From a virus, in the IMG/VR virus record IMGVR_UViG_3300044653_000098, positions 1 to 64,000 of that record: a stretch of DNA of 64,000 bases; one strand, 5' to 3'. Numbering within the stretch: the first letter of the stretch is position 1; every line of letters begins with the position of its first letter. The notes beneath the pieces were generated by a model that was not told where the DNA came from, did not search any database, and worked only from the letters and a program-made list of their open reading frames with translations. A program made the position numbers and the translations under genes. Below, piece by piece: positions 17,929 to 25,162 of the stretch.

Positions 17929-18699
17929 ATGAGCGGGCACCGCACCACCCGCAGCGCACCACGTCATGCTGCTCCGCAGCACAGCCACCCTGTCATCACC
18001 ACCGCCGTCGGCACCGTCGTGGTGCTCGGCGCGGGCACCGCGGCGCTCGCCGCCCCGGCGCCCTATACCGCCCCTCCGATGGGCGACACGCTGCCCGCCA
18101 CGCCGGCCGTGCAGGCCGCCCCGCAGAAGCCGGCCGTCCAGGCCGCGGGCCCGGCCTTCTACCGGATCCAGGAAGGCGACACGCTCTCCTCGATTGCCGC
18201 CGCCCACGGGCTCGGCTCGAACTGGGAGGGCCTGTGGGCCGCGAACCGCTCCGGGATCGATAACCCGGACCTCATCCAGCCCGGCTGGGTGATCAAGATC
18301 GAGACAGCTCCCGTCACCCCGGCTCTGCAGCTGGTGATCGACCGTGTCCTGAGCCCGCCCGCCCCCAAGCCTGCGCCCGTCGCCGTGGCCGCCTCCGGCA
18401 GCGCCGGGTCCGCACCGGCCCAGCCCGCGGGCGTCCAGTTCTCCGGTACGCTGACCGTGGCCGGCTTCGGCGGCTTCGAGGGCTGCGTGATAGACCACGA
18501 GTCCAGCGGGAACCCCGATGCCCAGAACCCGGACTCGACCGCGAGCGGGCTGTTCGGCTTCCTGGACACCACCTGGACCGCGGTCACCGGCCTGCCGGGC
18601 CCGGCCCGGGACTACTCCGTTGCGACGCAGGAGCAAGCCTTCAGCAAGGAATACGCGATGGACGGCACCGCCCCCTGGGCCCCGTATGACGGCTGTTAA
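17929..18699 (+). CDS. secreted LysM + Rpf/SceD-like lytic transglycosylase
   Basis: SD AGGAGG; signal peptide; LysM 'YRIQEGDTLSSIA...NPDLIQPG'; catalytic-type 'HESSGNP.A.N..STASGLFGFLDTTW...PW'. Confidence 0.85.
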   Translation: MSGHRTTRSAPRHAAPQHSHPVITTAVGTVVVLGAGTAALAAPAPYTAPPMGDTLPATPAVQAAPQKPAVQAAGPAFYRIQEGDTLSSIAAAHGLGSNWEGLWAANRSGIDNPDLIQPGWVIKIETAPVTPALQLVIDRVLSPPAPKPAPVAVAASGSAGSAPAQPAGVQFSGTLTVAGFGGFEGCVIDHESSGNPDAQNPDSTASGLFGFLDTTWTAVTGLPGPARDYSVATQEQAFSKEYAMDGTAPWAPYDGC

Positions 18700-18865
18700 C
18701 TGCCCGCCAGACTGCACGTGCCACCGCCACGACGACCACACGTGCCGGCCCGGCTGTAACTGCGGCCGCCACCTGATCGGCCCGCGCCAGGCGCAGCGCA
18801 AGTCGGCCGAGGCGGCTAAGCGCCAGCGCGATGCGCACGGGAGATTTGCCCGTGACGGCTGTTAA
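18686..18865 (+). CDS. Cys/His-rich basic mini-protein flanked by 13-bp direct repeats
   Basis: Two 'CxPxCxCxRH' repeats; TGACGGCTGTTAA at 18687 and 18853. Confidence 0.5.
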   Translation: MTAVNCPPDCTCHRHDDHTCRPGCNCGRHLIGPRQAQRKSAEAAKRQRDAHGRFARDGC

Positions 18866-19007
18866 TCACGGTATGGTCACCGTCCCGTGGGAGCGCTGGG
18901 CGATGTGGAATACTGCGAGCCGCCTGTAAACCGGTGGTATGCCTAGCGCGTCTCAAGGGTGCCGGTTTGGCCGGGGGTCCAAAAGACAAGAGCTGGAGGT
19001 TTGGTGC

Positions 19008-19898
19008 ATGCGTAGTAAGATCTTTGGTCCGCGGCGCGTGATCGTCGTGGCCGCGCTGGCTACGGCCGGCGCGCTGGTCGCCATGGGAGCGGGCGCCAAC
19101 ACCGTCCCCAATGCCAGGGCCACCAACGCGAACGTCAACCCGGTCGCCGGGTACCTTGCCGTCGGCAACGACGTAAACGTGAACTTCGACCACGTCGAGG
19201 CGTACCTGGGTGCGCAGGACAACATCGGTGACCTGCAGCAGACCAACGCCAACGGCTTCGGCATCGGCCTGTGCAACAGCAACGTGGGCGGCGCCACCGG
19301 CCCGGCGGTGCAGATGGGGATCGTGCATCTGGCCGACGGCAACTACCAGATCGAGTACGGCTACGGCACGATCGCCCCGGCGAATGGTGCTCAGACCAGC
19401 GGCGACAACTGCGAGGACGGCGCGCTGGGTAACTTCAATGCGCCAGCCTCGGCCACGGTCGCCCCGCTCGGCCCGGAGTTCGCCTTCGGGAACGTCGAGG
19501 AGACGGAGATCCAGTACCTGCACGGTCGCGCGGACTTCTCCTACCGCCAGATCACCTCGGACAACCCCGGTCCCTGGTATTCGACCGGCTGGGTCAACGT
19601 CGGCTTCAACTGCCAGTTCAACGAGGCCGAGATCGGCGTGGACGCTGACACCACCGGGCTGGTCGGGCCGCCTTCCCGCACGCTGGCCCCGTTCGCTCAC
19701 GCTTCGGTGACGTCGTTCACCTTCGCTCAGCACCACAGTGCTGACCAGGGCTGGTTCGATGCAGCACCGAACGGTGAGTGGACCGCTCTGCAGGTGAACA
19801 GTTACCCGAACGGCAACAGCGGCGACTCGGCTGACCTGGACGGCAACGGCCTGCACAACGGCAACGGCGGTATCGGTGAGGGTGCGCCGGTCGGATGA
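19008..19898 (+). CDS. secreted beta-rich protein (possibly G1/A4 peptidase-like fold)
   Basis: SD GGAGGT; clear signal peptide; Asn/Gly-rich mature part. Confidence 0.6.
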   Translation: MRSKIFGPRRVIVVAALATAGALVAMGAGANTVPNARATNANVNPVAGYLAVGNDVNVNFDHVEAYLGAQDNIGDLQQTNANGFGIGLCNSNVGGATGPAVQMGIVHLADGNYQIEYGYGTIAPANGAQTSGDNCEDGALGNFNAPASATVAPLGPEFAFGNVEETEIQYLHGRADFSYRQITSDNPGPWYSTGWVNVGFNCQFNEAEIGVDADTTGLVGPPSRTLAPFAHASVTSFTFAQHHSADQGWFDAAPNGEWTALQVNSYPNGNSGDSADLDGNGLHNGNGGIGEGAPVG

Positions 19899-20039
19899 CC
19901 CGCGATCAATGGCTGGCGTTCCTGCTCATCGTGGCCATGGCGGTTGCCGCCGGGGCTGAAGTGATGACGGCGGGCCTGCCGTAACGGCAACGGAGCCGAT
20001 GACAGGGCGGAGGGCAACCCCCTCCGCCCTTCGTCATGT

Positions 20040-20885
20040 ATGGAGGCTTCGGTGGCCAACCCGAACCATGTCCCGGGCAAGACGGGGCTGCTCCCGCGGG
20101 ACACCGGCAAGGCCATGCTGGTGGTGGAGCACTACGTCGCGGCCGGGGGCCTGACCGCGGTGCCGCCCGCTACCGACGTCGACCGCGCGACCAGGGTCAG
20201 CGACTGGCCCATGTACTGCAACGGCCCCGACCCCGCGAACGAGAGCGCCTGCCCCGGATCGCCTGATGGCTGCGGGGACTGCTTCTGGGCAGCGTGCGGG
20301 CACGAGATCACTGCGTTTACCGCTTACGCGGGCGCTGCCCCGGTCGTGGTCCCGCCCATCTCGGTGATCCGTGGCTACAGCTCGACGGGCTACAGCCCGC
20401 AGACCGGAGAGAACGACAACGGCACCGAGCCATCGCAGGGGCTGGCGTTCATGCGCTCGACCGGTCTGCTCGACTCGGCTGGCCGCGCGCACAAGTACGA
20501 GGCGTACGCCGCCTTCCGTGACCCCACCGACGAGGAGCTGCTGGCCCAGGTGCTGAACACCTTCGGCACCGTGCTGCTCGCCGTCGAGCTGGACCAGGCC
20601 CAGGAGGACCAGTTCGGCAACGGCCAGCCGTGGACCTACGTGGCTGGCAGCCAGGATCTCGGCGGGCACATGATCTGCCTGCAGCGCCGGGCGCCCGCAA
20701 GCCAGCTGGACATCTACAAGCCGGTGACCTGGGGCGCGCTGTGGGAAGCGAACCGCGCCTTCATCCACAACCAGGTCATCGACGCGTACGCCGTCGTGTC
20801 TGCGGACTGGATCGCCGCGAACGGCACGACCATTGAGGGTCTTGACCTTCAGCAGCTGCTCGCGGACATGCCAGAGGTGGGCTGA
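20040..20885 (+). CDS. papain-like cysteine peptidase, probable endolysin
   Basis: 'GDCFWAA', 'DNGT', 'GGHMI', 'VTWG'; precedes membrane-protein genes. Confidence 0.7.
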   Translation: MEASVANPNHVPGKTGLLPRDTGKAMLVVEHYVAAGGLTAVPPATDVDRATRVSDWPMYCNGPDPANESACPGSPDGCGDCFWAACGHEITAFTAYAGAAPVVVPPISVIRGYSSTGYSPQTGENDNGTEPSQGLAFMRSTGLLDSAGRAHKYEAYAAFRDPTDEELLAQVLNTFGTVLLAVELDQAQEDQFGNGQPWTYVAGSQDLGGHMICLQRRAPASQLDIYKPVTWGALWEANRAFIHNQVIDAYAVVSADWIAANGTTIEGLDLQQLLADMPEVG

Positions 20886-20890
20886 GTCCG

Positions 20891-21256
20891 GTGCACAGCG
20901 GCGGAGAGCGCCCGATCCGGCTGCTGCCGGAGCGCGGATCACCTGGCCGGGCCCTGGCCCTGACGATTATCTGCGTGCTGGGCGCGGTGCTTCTGGTGGC
21001 CGGGTACTTCACCTGGAGCACCAACACCACCAACGGCCAGCTGGTCTCGGTCAACCAGAAGCTGCGGGCGCAGCAGGCAGAGTCTCAGAAAGCGGGACTG
21101 CTGATCGAGAAGGCGATCTGCCTGGATATGGGTACGATGGCCGCCATCCCGCCGCCTGCGGGAGCGGGCCCCTCGAACCCGAGCCGGACCTACGAGCAGG
21201 CAGAGCACCGGGCGTGGAAAGGGCTGTACGACGGCCTCAGGTGCGGGAAGACGTGA
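20891..21256 (+). CDS. membrane protein (lysis cassette)
   Basis: N-terminal TM segment. Confidence 0.55.
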   Translation: MHSGGERPIRLLPERGSPGRALALTIICVLGAVLLVAGYFTWSTNTTNGQLVSVNQKLRAQQAESQKAGLLIEKAICLDMGTMAAIPPPAGAGPSNPSRTYEQAEHRAWKGLYDGLRCGKT

Positions 21257-21271
21257 CAGGGGAATGTTCAG

Positions 21272-21664
21272 ATGTCCGGGTCTAGCCTGGTCCCGCTCTA
21301 TTACCTTTCGGGTATAGGTGTGGCTGTAGGCGGAGGCGTGGCCGGCGTGCGCAGTTATCTCGGCAGGCAGCGCGAGAAGTGGGTGCAAGAGGGCGCCAAG
21401 GAGGCGGACCTCGCCAAGGTGCTGGAAGCTAACAGCAAGGTCGGGGCCAGCAACACGGCGGCTATCGACCGTATGTCTGATGAGCTGCGCCGGTTTGGTG
21501 AGGGCCTGAAGGAGTCCACGGCAGAGACCCAGCGCCGGCTGGATGCGGTCGACCGGCGGTTCGAGACGGCTGAGCAGCGGGCGCAGGCGATAGAGGATGC
21601 GCTGTGGGGACAGCGCGGTACTCTCCCGGACCGCGGTCTCCGTGGGCAGCCGAACCAGCCATAG
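21272..21664 (+). CDS. holin-like TM + coiled-coil protein
   Basis: N-terminal TM then coiled coil; lies in the lysis cassette. Confidence 0.55.
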   Translation: MSGSSLVPLYYLSGIGVAVGGGVAGVRSYLGRQREKWVQEGAKEADLAKVLEANSKVGASNTAAIDRMSDELRRFGEGLKESTAETQRRLDAVDRRFETAEQRAQAIEDALWGQRGTLPDRGLRGQPNQP

Positions 21665-21672
21665 GGGGAGAA

Positions 21673-21900
21673 GTGGGCAGGCATCCTGGGTTCATCGCCC
21701 TCGTCTCCGTGGTGACTGCCGTCCTGCTGACGGTCGGGCTTGTCTGGTGGATCGTGACCAGCACGAAAGAGTCGGTGTGCCGGCCGGTGCTCCGGCTGGT
21801 GGAGAAACCCGAGCCCACCGGGCTGACGCACTCCCAGCTCCAGTCGTTTGAGTACAACCACAAGACCTATGTGCAGCTGTACGCGAGCCTGGGCTGCTGA
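21673..21900 (+). CDS. membrane protein (lysis cassette)
   Basis: SD GGAG before GTG; TM segment; two Cys. Confidence 0.55.
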   Translation: MGRHPGFIALVSVVTAVLLTVGLVWWIVTSTKESVCRPVLRLVEKPEPTGLTHSQLQSFEYNHKTYVQLYASLGC

Positions 21901-21918
21901 CATACGCTCCTGATTAAG

Positions 21919-21958
21919 AGGGCCCGGCTGTTCTCCCCACCCTGCAGCCGGGCCCTTT
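21919..21958 (+). terminator. intrinsic terminator-like hairpin
   Basis: AGGGCCCGGCTG / CAGCCGGGCCCT followed by TT. Confidence 0.7.
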
Positions 21959-22001
21959 GCTGTGCGCAGCCGATATATAGACTCGTGTCAACTAACCTAA
22001 A

Positions 22002-22009
22002 GCCGATAA
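22002..22009 (+). promoter_or_regulatory. putative late promoter -10 (GCCGATAA)
   Basis: Exact sigma28-family -10 consensus in an intergenic gap; second variant GCCGATAT at 21969. Confidence 0.5.
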
Positions 22010-22015
22010 GTGCAG

Positions 22016-22200
22016 GTAGGATACCCAGTCGCTACTTCCGGCGCGACGATGCTTCTGCTCCCTAGAGGGACGATGTCTCTAGAGGTTCTAGAGGTCTAGC
22101 CGGGAGGCCGGGTATGAGTGCCACGGTGGCGCTGGTGTTCGCTGGTATTCCAGCGTGTGATGTTGCACTGAAGTGGTTTCAGGAGTGGAAGCATCGGCAT
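22016..22200 (+). ncRNA. candidate structured ncRNA (multibranch, unknown family)
   Basis: 15-bp closing stem 22047-22061/22182-22196 with two G.U pairs enclosing 6-7 short hairpins; no plausible ORF. Confidence 0.55.
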
Positions 22201-22296
22201 AGACGTATAAAGTGATGGAAGACGCGGGCCTGATCACCTGCGCCGGAGGGCCGGGCCTGCTCCGGCCCTCCACCTTCAAGCAGGCTGGAGGATGCG

Positions 22297-22850
22297 ATGA
22301 CAGCACCCTTGAATGTGCAAGGCGAGCGGTTCGGTCGGCTGGTAGTGGTCCGGGACGGCCCCAAGCGGAATGTCACGGAGAAGCGCCCTGAGGGCGTACG
22401 CACTGCGATCTGTGAATGCGACTGCGGGTCAGTAACTACCGTGCTTCTCAACAATCTGACCCGAGGCAAGGTCACGTCTTGTGGCTGTGCTCGGCGTGAG
22501 CGCACAGGTGAGTGGAACCGTGAGGCCAAGGTGGTGATGGGCTGAAGCACCATCCGCTCTACGCGACGTGGACCTCCATGATTCATCGCTGTGAGGACCC
22601 CAAGGTTGACAACTACAAGCATTACGGTGGCCGGGGGATCCGGGTGTGCGATCGGTGGCACGACGTCAGTGTGTTTATCTCGGACATCGAGCGCTGGCTT
22701 GGCCCGCGGCCGCCGGGTATGACCTTGGATCGCATTCTCAATGACCATGATTACCGGCTGGACAACGTCCGCTGGGCGACGTGGGTACAGCAGCGCGCGA
22801 ACCAGCGTCCCGGTGCTGGCTGGTGGGGTCCGCATACACGCGAGAGCTAG
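22297..22850 (+). pseudogene. HNH homing endonuclease split by a 1-nt frameshift near 22537
   Basis: 'GERFGRLVV...CECDCG...TSCGC' in one frame; 'HPLYATWTSMIHRC...YGGRGIRVCDRW...TLDRI.ND..Y...NVRWAT..QQ..N' in the -1 frame. Confidence 0.8.
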
Positions 22851-22857
22851 CCGATAA
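22850..22857 (+). promoter_or_regulatory. putative late promoter -10 (GCCGATAA) for the major tail gene
   Basis: Starts on the last base of the upstream stop codon, 43 nt before the ATG. Confidence 0.55.
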
Positions 22858-22900
22858 GCCCCTGTGACGGGAAGAGGACCCGACCACAGGGAGTAACCGC

Positions 22901-23581
22901 ATGGCTACGCAATATTTCGAGGGCTTCTCGTTGAGCCACGCGGCGATCTTGGACGGGCTAAACGGGGCGGAAGGGCAGACCATCTACGGTGTGCGCAACG
23001 GCACGCTGAGCACGGACAACGGGAACTTCGAGAACACTGGCGACAACGTCGTGCTGTCGGAGTGGTTCTGGATCAACTTCGCGAACCTGACCATTGAGTC
23101 CGGGTTCATCCCGTTCCCGACCATCGCGGACATCACCGGCCTGAGCACGGTGTCCAACGGCGTGACGGTCACCTCCGGCGTCGACTCCTCGGGCACCGCC
23201 CCGAACGACTACTACGCGATCCCGCTGTGGACGCTGAACTCGATGAACACCGTGACCAAGCCGGTGGGCCTGCGAGTGCCGTCCAAGGACAATGCGGGCA
23301 ACATTCGCACACTGGACTTTGTGCTCTATAGGGTGCAATTCCAGCCATTTAACTTCACGGGCCCGAGCTACAAGAATGGCCTGACCACGTCGATTGCCGG
23401 CCGCGCGCTGTTCTCGACCTTTAACGAGGTTGGGCTGGCCCTGCCGGTGTCCTACGGCGGTCCGGGTTTCGAGCCGGGCACCACCACCCAGGCGGGCATG
23501 AGCATCGGCCGCCTGATCTCCAGCCCGGGATCGCTGTCGGGCTCCTTCACCACCGAGCCGTTCCAGAACCCAGCGATCTAG
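22901..23581 (+). CDS. major tail protein
   Basis: 226 aa; upstream of the chaperones and tape measure; beta-rich. Confidence 0.7.
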   Translation: MATQYFEGFSLSHAAILDGLNGAEGQTIYGVRNGTLSTDNGNFENTGDNVVLSEWFWINFANLTIESGFIPFPTIADITGLSTVSNGVTVTSGVDSSGTAPNDYYAIPLWTLNSMNTVTKPVGLRVPSKDNAGNIRTLDFVLYRVQFQPFNFTGPSYKNGLTTSIAGRALFSTFNEVGLALPVSYGGPGFEPGTTTQAGMSIGRLISSPGSLSGSFTTEPFQNPAI

Positions 23582-23584
23582 CCC

Positions 23585-23950
23585 ATGGCGTACTGGACTC
23601 CGCCGTTCCGGGACAGCAAGCATGCGCCCATGGCCGGGACGGCGGGGTTCTGCTACGCAGACAACCAGCTGTGTGGCGGGGAGGACACTGCCGGGCAGGC
23701 GATCGTCTGCCTATGCTGCCAGGCAGCGGCTGCGACTTCCCCCGCAGTTCCGTCACCCGCTGGCTCCCCGGATGTCCCCATCGGGGAGCCAGCTCAGCCC
23801 TCCCCCGCCCAGCCTGTGCTCACCGACCAGCCGCAGACCGCGGGCGAGCAGAGCGTGCAGCAGGCCGGCCAGGAAGGCATGGCCGAGCCCGGCTCTGACG
23901 CCCTTGCTGACCCCGCGTGGCCGAACCGGCCGCCAGAGGTCCCGGTCTAG
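23585..23950 (+). CDS. hypothetical protein (Cys N-terminus, Pro-rich C-terminus)
   Basis: Fills the gap between the tail gene and the chaperone. Confidence 0.5.
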   Translation: MAYWTPPFRDSKHAPMAGTAGFCYADNQLCGGEDTAGQAIVCLCCQAAAATSPAVPSPAGSPDVPIGEPAQPSPAQPVLTDQPQTAGEQSVQQAGQEGMAEPGSDALADPAWPNRPPEVPV

Positions 23951-23997
23951 CCGATAGCCCCTCCCGTACGCCATCACGCGAGTCCCCGGGAGGGCCC

Positions 23998-24549
23998 ATG
24001 GCTGATTCTGATCTTGACCGGATCGACCCCGAGGGCGCCATCATCGCCCTGCAGGATGGATCTCCGGTCCGCGTCGTCCGGCTCCGCACCAGGCAGTTCT
24101 TCCGGTTCCTGCGCATCCTCACCCACGGGGGCGGTGAGGCACTGGTCCGGGCGATCGACTTCAACGCACCGGCCGAGGAGTTCGCGCAGCGCCTGGCCAT
24201 GGCCGTGCTGTTCTCGATCCCCGACGCCGAGAACGAGGCCATCCTGTTTGTCCAGTCGATGTGCCGGCCGCCGGACGTCGCGGCGCCTGAGGTGCAGCGG
24301 CTGAGCGACGACAAGGTCAAGGCCGACGACGCCAAGTACGGCGCGCTCGGCGTCAAGCTGGCCAACCCGGAGCTGGAAGACACGGTCACGATCATCGAGA
24401 CGGTGATCAAGCAGGAGGCCGAGGACATCCAGGCACTGGGAAAGCGCCTCGCCGGCCTGCTGAAACTGGCGGACAGGACCGGCCAGCTGAAGCCAGAGGC
24501 CCCGACCGAGCCGCCGACGCCAGCGGAGATGGCAGCAGCGGCCTCGTAG
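23998..24549 (+). CDS. tail assembly chaperone (G)
   Basis: SD GGAGG; slippery G GGA AAG at 24438-24444. Confidence 0.8.
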   Translation: MADSDLDRIDPEGAIIALQDGSPVRVVRLRTRQFFRFLRILTHGGGEALVRAIDFNAPAEEFAQRLAMAVLFSIPDAENEAILFVQSMCRPPDVAAPEVQRLSDDKVKADDAKYGALGVKLANPELEDTVTIIETVIKQEAEDIQALGKRLAGLLKLADRTGQLKPEAPTEPPTPAEMAAAAS

Positions 24550-25124
24550 GCGCGTACGCCGTTGTCTTCGACCGGATCAGCGCCGAGTACGGATGGCCCG
24601 ATGAGCGGATCCTCGACCTCACCCTTGGCCGCCTCCGGCAGGTCAGTGAGGCCATCGGACGCCGCCTCCAGCTGGAGGAGGAGGCCCGGCTCAAGACCCT
24701 GGAGTGGCAGACCAAGACGCTGTGCCAGTTCATCGCGGCCACGGTGCAGTTCGACCTGGAGAAGACCGGCGGCCGCAACCCGCTGGCTGATCTTGCCTCC
24801 GAGATCTCGATCCGCCCCCCTGGCCGGCCCGCGGAAGACGATGAACTGGACAGGATGCGCGGCGAGTCCACGGGCTACGTCACGCATGAGGAAGGGATGC
24901 GGCAGATGCGCAAGGCAGCTGGCGGCTCGGCTACGCCCTCCCGTGCGACCGACACGCTGACCGTGGACGCCGACGGCAACGTGACCGGCTCCACGCTGAC
25001 TTCTGAGCTGGCCCCGGAGGAGCAGGCAGCGGCTGACGCCAACGCTCCCGGCAGCTTCGAGGCGTTCATGCTGGCCTTCGGCGGAGGCGGGACACCCCCG
25101 CCGCGGGGGCCCATCCCCTCCTAG
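23998..25124 (+). CDS. tail assembly chaperone (GT), -1 frameshift product
   Basis: -1 frame from GGGAAAG is open to 25124 and reads 'YGWPDERILDLTLGRL'. Confidence 0.8.
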
Positions 25125-25162
25125 CGGAGGACATGCAGGTGCGGTAGAGCGGGAGGTGAGAC

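Noticed and set aside
22221-22274. tRNA or tmRNA 3' end (GACGCGGG...CTCCACC)
   Set aside because: No TTCRA T-loop and no acceptor-stem partner; better explained as the HNH leader pseudoknot
21960-22850. Group I intron carrying the HNH
   Set aside because: No recognisable P7 R/S motifs and no interrupted host gene on either side
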